Shown: in pieces, positions 56,336 through 64,000 of the stretch
How positions within the stretch are numbered: position 1 is the first letter of the stretch
Layout: every line of letters begins with the position of its first letter
Source of the DNA: Pseudomonadota bacterium
GTDB lineage: Bacteria > Myxococcota > JACRCW01 > JAFGSX01
Direction of reading: 5' to 3'
DNA length: 64,000 nt
NCBI GenBank assembly: GCA_043821645.1
Contig: JBDRCO010000094.1
Coordinates: 32,001-96,000 of the forward strand
Translations under genes and position numbers: made by a program
The notes under the pieces: model-generated
The model's database searches: none
The model's input: the letters and a program-made list of their open reading frames with translations, nothing else
What the model was told of the DNA's origin: nothing

Positions 56336-58348
56336 TCACCTCCGACGACGGCGACGACCTCGACCCGACCCAGAATGACTGTGGGCCCTTCTCACCAGCC
56401 CACCGGCGGAGAAGCGAAAGCTCCCTCCCGCCGTCGCCTGGGGCTCAAGATCCAGGGCCAGGGCCTCATAGCGTTCGCGAGACACCTGGCGTTCCTGGAA
56501 AATGAGACGCGCCCAGATATCCTGTTCGTTGGCCTGGCTCACCGCCTCCACCCGCAGCACATCGTGCCGCGCCACGGCCTTGTGCCAGGAAGACCTCGGT
56601 GACGACGGAGCGTGGCCTCTGAACGCCTCGGGTCCACGCTCGCGGTACCACAGCAGGCTGTGGGCTGTGGACAGTGCGCCCGCCCAGGGGTAGCGGCGCA
56701 GTGTCCAACCAATGGAGAGTTTTTCCAGGTCTTGCTCGAGTACCTGCTGCTCGTGCTCGCTGAGAAACGAGGACGGGGTGTAAAACAGACCAGTGCCCAG
56801 CTGGTCACCCGCTATCCTCCAGGTCTCCCGTAAACCGTACTCCTCGGGATAGCAGGCCACGCGGGAACCAGGTCCCAGGCTGAACTCTCCGCAAATGAAC
56901 AGCGCCGCGTGCTGCCGCAGGCGAGACAGGAGGTGAAGCGTTTGCTGTGCCTGGTCGAGGGTCTCGCCGGGAAAACCGGTGAAGGTCATGAGCTCGACCG
57001 CGACACCCGCTTGCCCCAGATTCTGGACCACGCGCTCGACGTCGGCGACCACCAGGCCCTTGTCGATCCGGGCCAGCACCTGAGCTGAACCCGACTCGAC
57101 GCCGAGACTCAAGGCGAGGGCGCCCCCCTCGACGAGTTCGTCGCAGCGCGCGCGAGTGAAGAAGCGCTCCGGTCTGACGTCGCTTGCCCATCGCAGGCCC
57201 TGCCCGCGCTCTCGCAAACCCATCGAGATCGCCAGCAGCGTTCTTGGCGCGATGCTGTCCTGGGAGAGATAGAACAGTTTCACGTCGTGACGCCGGGAGA
57301 GCTGCGCGAGATCCTCGACGACCCGTGCCACCGGCCTCTCCCGGTAGCAGCCCGTGCCCTCCCGGACCGGACCGTAGTGGCAAAAGGCACACCGTCCCCA
57401 GTAGCAGCCGCGGCTCGAATCGTAGGGGAGCACGAGCTCGGGCGACAGGTATGCGCCCAGGTCCAGGCCGTCGAGGTCCGGCGCTGGAGCAGCCTGTAGA
57501 TCGTCCAGCTCGCCCTCGAGGACAGGTCCGAGACTCGCCAGGCCATGCTTGCCGGCAACGCTGGTACAGATCTGCCGAACGGCCCGGATGCCCTCGCCCG
57601 CAACAGCCAGGTCAAAGGGCCCAAGAGCGCGCGCCCGTGCCGATGCGTCCAGCTGCAACAAGATCTGCGAGATCGCCGCACCACCGATGACAAGAGGCAG
57701 ATCTTTCCTGGCGCGGCGCAGGGCCAGTGCCAGGGCAAAGGCTGGCTGGACCTGGCTCATGAAGGCGACCGAGATGCCGACCCAGTCGAGGTCTGCCCGA
57801 GCCAGACGTGGCCCCAGCACGCCGTCATAAAACTCCCGGAAAGGATCGCGACCCGCTGCGGAGTCGGCGGCGATCGCGGACGCGTCCAGCAGCGAGAACG
57901 GAGTTCGGTACCAGGCAAAGTCGAGGTCGAGCGGGTGGTGCACAGCGCCAACCAGGTGCAAGGCTCCTTGCACCGTGGCCACGGCCGCTTCGTAGGCAGT
58001 GGCGTCGTAAAAATCCCGACCGGCCGCGCCATCGAGAACATTGAGTGCCCTGTCTATCCCCCGTGGTACGGCGTGTGCATCGCCGCGCGCTCTCCACAAG
58101 ATCGCGTACTCCCGCATCTGGGAATGATCCAGGCAAGCCATCTGGTCCAGGTCCGCGAGGCGCCGCTCGAGCTTCTCGCTCAAACCGCGCAGCCTCTCTG
58201 TGCCCAACAACCAGCGATAGCCTTCGGCATTGGCGTCGATGGGGAAAACTTGATGACCATCTTGTCGCAGCACCGCGGTCAGCAAGGGCACCGAGATATA
58301 GGGCGCTGTGGGATCCGCAGACGGTGGGTAGATCAGGCCAATGCGCAT
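56336..58348 (-). CDS. B12-binding-domain radical SAM protein
   Basis: MRIGLIYPP start; VGISV...VIGG; SRGCYWGRCAFC (CxxxCxxC); GVESGS; GFPGET. Confidence 0.9.
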   Translation of the reverse strand: MRIGLIYPPSADPTAPYISVPLLTAVLRQDGHQVFPIDANAEGYRWLLGTERLRGLSEKLERRLADLDQMACLDHSQMREYAILWRARGDAHAVPRGIDRALNVLDGAAGRDFYDATAYEAAVATVQGALHLVGAVHHPLDLDFAWYRTPFSLLDASAIAADSAAGRDPFREFYDGVLGPRLARADLDWVGISVAFMSQVQPAFALALALRRARKDLPLVIGGAAISQILLQLDASARARALGPFDLAVAGEGIRAVRQICTSVAGKHGLASLGPVLEGELDDLQAAPAPDLDGLDLGAYLSPELVLPYDSSRGCYWGRCAFCHYGPVREGTGCYRERPVARVVEDLAQLSRRHDVKLFYLSQDSIAPRTLLAISMGLRERGQGLRWASDVRPERFFTRARCDELVEGGALALSLGVESGSAQVLARIDKGLVVADVERVVQNLGQAGVAVELMTFTGFPGETLDQAQQTLHLLSRLRQHAALFICGEFSLGPGSRVACYPEEYGLRETWRIAGDQLGTGLFYTPSSFLSEHEQQVLEQDLEKLSIGWTLRRYPWAGALSTAHSLLWYRERGPEAFRGHAPSSPRSSWHKAVARHDVLRVEAVSQANEQDIWARLIFQERQVSRERYEALALDLEPQATAGGSFRFSAGGLVRRAHSHSGSGRGRRRRRR

Positions 58349-58358
58349 CACGGCCACT

Positions 58359-58832
58359 TCAGCGGGTGGGCGGCGCAACGGTCGCTGCGGGGGCACGACG
58401 CCACATGCGGCGGTGCGGGATACCCGCGTCCATGAACTCCTCGCCCCCAGCCACGAAGCCGAACTTCTCGTAGAAGGGGATGGCATGGGTCTGGGCGTCG
58501 AGGACGAGTTCCTGAAGCCCTCGCTCCCCGGCAAGCGAAATGAAGCGGTGCATCAGTAGCGCGCCCACGCCCTGGCCTCGCGCCTCGCGCAACACGGCCA
58601 TGCGGCCAATCTTGCCATGCGGGAACATGCGACCGGTACCCACTGGACGGCCCTGTGCATCCTCGACCAGGAGCTGCACACAACCCGCGTCCTCACCATC
58701 CCACTCCAGCTCCGGCGGCACCTTTTGCTCGTCGATGAACACCTGGCTCCGGATCGCGCGCAGCGTGTCCTGATCGCGGGTCCAGTCGGCGATCCGTACG
58801 CGGCAGACTCCGCCTTGCTTTGCGGCGCTCAT
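58359..58832 (-). CDS. GNAT N-acetyltransferase (ElaA/YjcF-like)
   Basis: IRSQVFIDEQKVP, IGRMAVLREARGQGVG, AQTHAIPFYEKFGF, DAGIPH. Confidence 0.93.
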   Translation of the reverse strand: MSAAKQGGVCRVRIADWTRDQDTLRAIRSQVFIDEQKVPPELEWDGEDAGCVQLLVEDAQGRPVGTGRMFPHGKIGRMAVLREARGQGVGALLMHRFISLAGERGLQELVLDAQTHAIPFYEKFGFVAGGEEFMDAGIPHRRMWRRAPAATVAPPTR

Positions 58833-59641
58833 CGTCCCTTGAACTCCGGCGCACGTTTCTGGGCGAAGGCCATCATGGCCTCCATCAGGTCCTCCGAGGC
58901 CAGGTGCGAGGCGTTCCACAACGCCACGTAGTCCAGCCACGGATCGTCGACGCTGGCCTGCTGGCGGGCCATGACCTGCTTGACACCCTGCACGGTCAGC
59001 GGAGGGTTGGCCGCGATGACCTGCGCCTGCGTGGCGACCGCCTGCATCATGGCGTCGGTGTCCGCGTGAACCGCGTTGAACAAACCCATGCGCTGCGCCT
59101 CCTCCGCCTCCACGTCACGACCGGTGAGCGCGAGCTCGCGCGCATGCCCCTGACCCACGATCGCCGGCAGACGCTGCAGCGAGCCCAGATCGGCGATGAT
59201 GGCCATGCGCGTCTCGCGCACGCTGACCCGCGTGCCCCGCGTCGCATGTCGAATGTCGCAGGCGCAGATGAGGTCGACGCCACCGCCAATGCACCAGCCT
59301 TGCACCGCCGCGATGGTGGGCTTGCACAGTCCGGCGAGGGCACGAAAGCCTCGCTGCAGCTCGAGGATGAGCTGGTACAGTTGCTGACGCTCGGCGGCCA
59401 GGCCACCCTGGAGCGCCGAGGTGAACCCCTCGCCCAGTCCACCCTTGAGATCCAGCCCCACCGAGAAGTCAGGTCCACGCGCCGCGAGCACCACCACTCG
59501 AATCCCGTGATCGTGCGCTAGTTCGTCGACCCGGAGAGGCAGTTCCGCGAAGAAGGCTTGCCCCATTGCGTTGCGCTGCGCCGCACGATCCAGCCACAGG
59601 GTCGCCACGGCGCCGTCCCGGGTGACGTCGAGTACGGTCAT
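58829..59641 (-). CDS. Crotonase-family enoyl-CoA hydratase/isomerase (dienoyl-CoA isomerase-like)
   Basis: FSVGLDL, KPTIAAVQGWCIGGGVDL, ADLGSLQRLP. AGGAG SD before ATG 59641. Confidence 0.92.
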   Translation of the reverse strand: MTVLDVTRDGAVATLWLDRAAQRNAMGQAFFAELPLRVDELAHDHGIRVVVLAARGPDFSVGLDLKGGLGEGFTSALQGGLAAERQQLYQLILELQRGFRALAGLCKPTIAAVQGWCIGGGVDLICACDIRHATRGTRVSVRETRMAIIADLGSLQRLPAIVGQGHARELALTGRDVEAEEAQRMGLFNAVHADTDAMMQAVATQAQVIAANPPLTVQGVKQVMARQQASVDDPWLDYVALWNASHLASEDLMEAMMAFAQKRAPEFKGR

Positions 59642-59692
59642 GTCCACTCCTGTTGAAGCTGCTGTGCGGCAGAAGTGCCAGCGACACGATGC

Positions 59693-60568
59693 TCAGACCA
59701 CGAAGTCCAGCATCTGCACGCGGGTCAGATAGTCGTCCAGGCGCAAGCTGAAATCGTCGATGAGGTGGTCAAGCTGCAGATCCACGCGGTCTCCGTCTTG
59801 GTCGACGACACTCCCGCTGACCGGGAACTCCTGCCCGCTCGCCACCAGGCACAGCACGCCGCTCAGACTGTCTCCCACCTTGAGCGCGCTGCCCGCAGGT
59901 TGCCTCATCAGGAAGTGGGTGCGGGACATCTCCAGGAGTTCGACCTGGCTATGATCGTCGAGGCGCAGGTGGGACGGCAGCTCCGGGGGCGGCGCCACGC
60001 GGTAGTTCACGCGACGATTCTTGCGGATCAGCTCCTCGAGTGTCTGGTGCAGGTTCTCGCTGATCGGTGTCTCGACGCTCTCGAGCACGAGGTCACGCGC
60101 CCGCTTCATGGCCTTCTGGGTGCGAATGATGTTACCACGCATGTCCTCGATCCGCGTCTGGTCGCGCCGGGTCTTGTCGGCAAGGATCTGCAGCATGGAC
60201 TGGTAAAACGGAGCCGCGACGTCGGCGTGCTGTTGCAGGTACTCCAGCAAGCGGCTGCTGGACACCTGCCAGATCGTCGACGCCAGCAACGCGCGTGCAG
60301 TGGTGTTGCGACGCAGACCGGTGATCGCCCCCAGCTCGCCGATGGGTGCCACGGGCAGGAGTCTGAAGCGCACATCCCCGTTCTCGTAGAGCCCCACCTC
60401 TCCCTCGGTCAACAGGTAGAGCGCCTCGGCCACGCTGCCCGCCGCAAAAATTTCCTGGCCCGCCTCGAGCCGCCGTCCCTCGAACAGATCGGCCAGGGCC
60501 TGCACATGCTGCTCTTGCATGGCCGTGAACAGCGGGATTTGCCGTAGAGTCGTGTGCTGGAGCGTCAT
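59693..60568 (-). CDS. Cyclic-nucleotide-binding domain + coiled coil + PilZ-like domain protein
   Basis: LRQIPLF, LYLLTEGEV, GELGAITGLRRNTTARA; then RRVNYRV and a beta-rich C-terminus. Confidence 0.75.
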   Translation of the reverse strand: MTLQHTTLRQIPLFTAMQEQHVQALADLFEGRRLEAGQEIFAAGSVAEALYLLTEGEVGLYENGDVRFRLLPVAPIGELGAITGLRRNTTARALLASTIWQVSSSRLLEYLQQHADVAAPFYQSMLQILADKTRRDQTRIEDMRGNIIRTQKAMKRARDLVLESVETPISENLHQTLEELIRKNRRVNYRVAPPPELPSHLRLDDHSQVELLEMSRTHFLMRQPAGSALKVGDSLSGVLCLVASGQEFPVSGSVVDQDGDRVDLQLDHLIDDFSLRLDDYLTRVQMLDFVV

Positions 60569-60741
60569 GGTGCGGCCTCCTCGCCGAGCACCAAGTCTAC
60601 CCAGGTCGGTGCCAGCTTGTCAGCATGGCCTTTGCACCGAAAGTCGAGATAAGAGCACGGACGATGCCGCTTCCCGTCGTCGGGCAGCGGGTCCTGAGGT
60701 AGGGTCTTTCGGGGTGCTGACCACCCCGGACAGGACTCCCG

Positions 60742-62658
60742 ATGGGACACATCCCGCTGCTGAGCGAAATTGTCGTCGTCGCCGTGGTGGCAGTCGTGGT
60801 CGTGCTGGTCCTCGCCCGGCTGCGCCTGCCAACGGTGCTCGGCCTGATCCTGGCGGGCACCGTGGTCGGTCCCGGCGGTCTGAGCCTGGTCGACGATCTG
60901 CACAACATCGAAGCCCTCGCCGAGGTCGGCGTGGTGCTGCTGCTGTTCACGGTCGGCCTGGAGTTTTCACTGCGTCGCCTTCGCCCCATCGCGCGCCTCA
61001 TCGTGGCCGGCGGCACTCTCCAGGTTGGAGCCAGCATCGCCCTCGCTGTTGGGGTCTCGCAACTCCTCGGCGCAACCACGAACCAGGGTGTGTTTCTGGG
61101 ATTCCTGGTCGCCCTGTCGTCGACCGCCATCGTGCTCAGAACGCTGGCGGACCGGGGCGAGCTCCAGGCTCCGCATGGCAGCTTCATCGTCGGTGTCCTC
61201 ATCTTCCAGGACCTCTGTGTGGTCCCCATGGTCCTGATCACCCCCCTGCTGACCACAGGCTCCGGGGCCGACATCGGCCTGCCCCTGGCCCTGGCGCTGG
61301 GCAAGGCCGTGGCCATCGTCGCGGTCGCTCTGCTGGTGGTGCGGCCCCTCGTGCCGCGTGTGCTCGCCATCGTCGACGCCCGGCGCTCGCGCGACATCTT
61401 CTTGCTCGCCGTGCTCAGCCTGTGTGCGGGCGTCGCCTGGTTGACCTCCCTCGCCGGGCTGTCCCTGGCTCTCGGCGCCTTCCTGGCTGGACTGGTGCTC
61501 GCGGACACCGATTTTCGCGAGCGCGCCCTGGGGGACGTGCTGCCGCTGCGCGATGTGTTCACCAGCCTTTTCTTCGTGTCCCTCGGCATGCTCTTCGACC
61601 CGCGTGTGCTCTTCGACAAGCCCCTGTTCGTCGGGCTGCTGCTCCTTGGCTTCGTCGGGGGCAAGGGTCTCATCGGGATGGTGGCAGCCCTGGTCATGCG
61701 CCTCCCCAGCCGCGTGGCCTGGCTTGCGGGCGTGGGCCTGGCGCAGTTCAGCGAGTTTGGCTTTGTCCTCGTCAAGCTGGGCGAGCAGAGCCAGACCATC
61801 GATGCGCAGACCTCGCAGGTCATCATCGCAGCTGGCGTGCTGAGCATGCTGGCCACACCCCTGCTCATCCGCAGTGCGCCACACATCACGGCCGGCGAAG
61901 CCCTGCTGCGCCCGCTGGCGCGGCTGCTCGGCGCGCGCTCCATCGACGAGCCCGCTGCGGAGCACGTGGCGTTGCAGGATCACGTGGTCATCGTTGGCTT
62001 TGGTGTCGCCGGTCGCTTGCTGGCCCGCGCTCTCCACCAGGTCGAGGTGCCCTACCTGATCCTCGAACTCAACGCGGAGACCGTCCGACGTGCCCGCGCG
62101 GCTGGCGAGCCTGCTTACTATGCGGACATCAGCAGCGTCGAGGCGCTGGATCACGCCCGCGTGCAGCATGCGCGAGCACTCGTGTTGCTGCTCAAGGACA
62201 CGGGCGCGGCGCTCCGCACCATCAGCCTGATGCGCGACCATGCGCCGGGCATCCCGGTGCTCGTGCGCACCCCCTACCTGGCATCGGTGCCCGAGCTGCT
62301 CGCTGCTGGAGCGGCGGACGTGGTCAGCGAGGAACTCTCCGCCGGCGTGGCCATCCTGCGACGCCTCCCCGCGCACCTGCCGCAAAACAGCCTGGCCACC
62401 CGGGTGCTGTCGCACATGCGCGTGGTCAGCGTCACCATCGCCGGTGGGGACTGGGCTGCCGGGCGCCGTCCAGAGATCCTGCCCCTGGGTGCCACGGCAC
62501 AGGTCCTCGCTGTGGCAGCGCGCGACCAGGTCAGCTACGTCAATCAGGTCGATCCCCGGGAGGCGCTGCACGCCGGCGACGTCGTGTTCGTGACCTGCGA
62601 GGATAAGGAAGCCGACCACATCACACAGGCCATCCGGACCGGGCCAGCTCCTCGCTAG
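60742..62658 (+). CDS. CPA2-family (Kef-type) cation:proton antiporter with RCK/TrkA domains
   Basis: AEVGVVLLLFTVGLEFS, LSSTAIV, LIFQDL, LAQFSEF, HVVIVGFGVAG. Confidence 0.93.
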   Translation: MGHIPLLSEIVVVAVVAVVVVLVLARLRLPTVLGLILAGTVVGPGGLSLVDDLHNIEALAEVGVVLLLFTVGLEFSLRRLRPIARLIVAGGTLQVGASIALAVGVSQLLGATTNQGVFLGFLVALSSTAIVLRTLADRGELQAPHGSFIVGVLIFQDLCVVPMVLITPLLTTGSGADIGLPLALALGKAVAIVAVALLVVRPLVPRVLAIVDARRSRDIFLLAVLSLCAGVAWLTSLAGLSLALGAFLAGLVLADTDFRERALGDVLPLRDVFTSLFFVSLGMLFDPRVLFDKPLFVGLLLLGFVGGKGLIGMVAALVMRLPSRVAWLAGVGLAQFSEFGFVLVKLGEQSQTIDAQTSQVIIAAGVLSMLATPLLIRSAPHITAGEALLRPLARLLGARSIDEPAAEHVALQDHVVIVGFGVAGRLLARALHQVEVPYLILELNAETVRRARAAGEPAYYADISSVEALDHARVQHARALVLLLKDTGAALRTISLMRDHAPGIPVLVRTPYLASVPELLAAGAADVVSEELSAGVAILRRLPAHLPQNSLATRVLSHMRVVSVTIAGGDWAAGRRPEILPLGATAQVLAVAARDQVSYVNQVDPREALHAGDVVFVTCEDKEADHITQAIRTGPAPR

Positions 62659-62771
62659 AAAGACATCCGGTCGCCATGACGGCGTGTGGTGAGTATAAAC
62701 AAAGCTGCGTCACAAGAGTGCGGCTTCACATCGGCCGGGAGGCAGTCCTCCCCGCCCGCGACCCGGCACGC

Positions 62772-64000
62772 TCAGGTCCTGAACCGACCAAGTTCAGCGC
62801 GAAGATCGTTGGCCTGCTGTTGCAGGGACTCGATCACCTCCTCGAGGTGACGGACCGACGTGTTCTGCTTGCCGCTGACGTCCTCGATGGCGCGCACGGC
62901 CAGCAGCACCTTGTCCGCGTTGAAGATCTGGCCCTTCTGACCCTCTCCCACCTGGCGCACCATCTCGTTGATGCGCTCGATGGACTCGATGACCTTGCGC
63001 GAACCCGTGGCCTGCTCCTGACTCGACGCGTAGACCTGGGTGTTGATCTGGTTCATCTTGCCCGTGCTCTGGATGATGAGCTCGGAGCCGCGTGCCTGCT
63101 CGGTAGAGGCGCGATTGATCTGGCCCACCGTGTCCGCGATGCGGTTCACCGCGGCGGTGATCACCTTGTTGCCCGAGGCCTGCTCGACGGTGGCACGGGC
63201 GATCTGCTGCACCATCTGCGTGGCTTCCCTCGCAGAGACCTGGATACCCTGCAGCGCCCTCGATGCCTCGCGCCCGAGTTGCACACCCTGCTGTACCGAC
63301 TCCATGCCGCGCTCCATGGCCTGGATCGCCTGTTGCGAGTCTCCCTGCACGTTGCGGATCAGCTCGGTGATCTCCTTGGTCGAGGTCTTGGTGCGATCCG
63401 CCAGGGCACGGATCTCCTCGGCGACGACGCTGAATCCTCGACCGTGCTCTCCAGCCTGGGCCGAGATGATGGCCGCATTGAGCGCCAGCAGGTTGGTCTG
63501 CTCCGTAATCTCGTCGATGACGTGCAGGATCTTGCCCACCTCGAGGATACGGCGGATCAACTGATCGATGGTGGTGCTGGTGGCGTCGAAGGACTGGCGG
63601 ATCATCTCCACGCCATCCAGGGTCTTCTGCAGCGCCTCGACCCCGAGATCTGCGTTGTCCGCCACGCGCTTGGATAGATCCGCCGTCTTGCCCGAATTGC
63701 GCTCCACCGCGGCGAGGGTCGTCTCCATCTGGGTCATCGAGGTCGAAGTGTCGCCCACCGCGGCATTGACCTGTTCGATGCTGCCCGCGATCTCGCGGAT
63801 CGAGAAAGCCATGCCGTCGATGGCGTTGGTGGTCTCGGACACGAAGCGCGCCATGGCCTCGGTATTGCGCACCGCCTGCTCGTTGACGGTGGCCATCTCG
63901 TGGATCGTGGCAGAGCCATGCTCGGCGCTCTCGTGCAGAACCTCGACGCTGTTCTGGGTACCCTGGATGGTGGACAGCATGTCCTGCATTAGCTGCGAGG
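62772..64000 (-). CDS. Methyl-accepting chemotaxis protein (5' part outside the window)
   Basis: [40 protein letters not shown] hairpin; frame is open to the window edge. Confidence 0.93.
   Translation of the reverse strand, partial: SQLMQDMLSTIQGTQNSVEVLHESAEHGSATIHEMATVNEQAVRNTEAMARFVSETTNAIDGMAFSIREIAGSIEQVNAAVGDTSTSMTQMETTLAAVERNSGKTADLSKRVADNADLGVEALQKTLDGVEMIRQSFDATSTTIDQLIRRILEVGKILHVIDEITEQTNLLALNAAIISAQAGEHGRGFSVVAEEIRALADRTKTSTKEITELIRNVQGDSQQAIQAMERGMESVQQGVQLGREASRALQGIQVSAREATQMVQQIARATVEQASGNKVITAAVNRIADTVGQINRASTEQARGSELIIQSTGKMNQINTQVYASSQEQATGSRKVIESIERINEMVRQVGEGQKGQIFNADKVLLAVRAIEDVSGKQNTSVRHLEEVIESLQQQANDLRAELGRFRT

Overview
High-GC bacterial window, most consistent with a Myxococcota-like organism (MYXO-CTERM-type tail, DUF2378-like gene, CglF/GltF-like motif, Asp-Ala-Gly-rich lipoprotein spacers). 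Housekeeping genes: sucCD, nuoJKLMN, acs, FKBP PPIase, tri-heme cytochrome c peroxidase, Kef-type antiporter and a partial MCP. Accessory loci: a phosphate cluster (PstS without PstCAB, DUF47, PiT, CHAD), tandem PilT-like ATPases, a metallophosphoesterase with a 7-repeat propeller, a ~3000-aa surface protein with a Cys-less transglutaminase-like domain, and a porin/HK/REC-REC/DASS/REC-CBS cluster. The most striking element is at 37.5-42.1 kb: an ECF sigma factor, a zinc-finger anti-sigma factor whose extracytoplasmic domain is a dockerin, a translationally coupled secreted cohesin-like protein, and a VIT-vWA lipoprotein carrying a CglF-like segment. Together they suggest a cohesin-dockerin pair used for transmembrane signalling. 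No rRNA, tRNA, CRISPR array or transposase was recognised. All family assignments come from reading motifs by eye; no searches were run.
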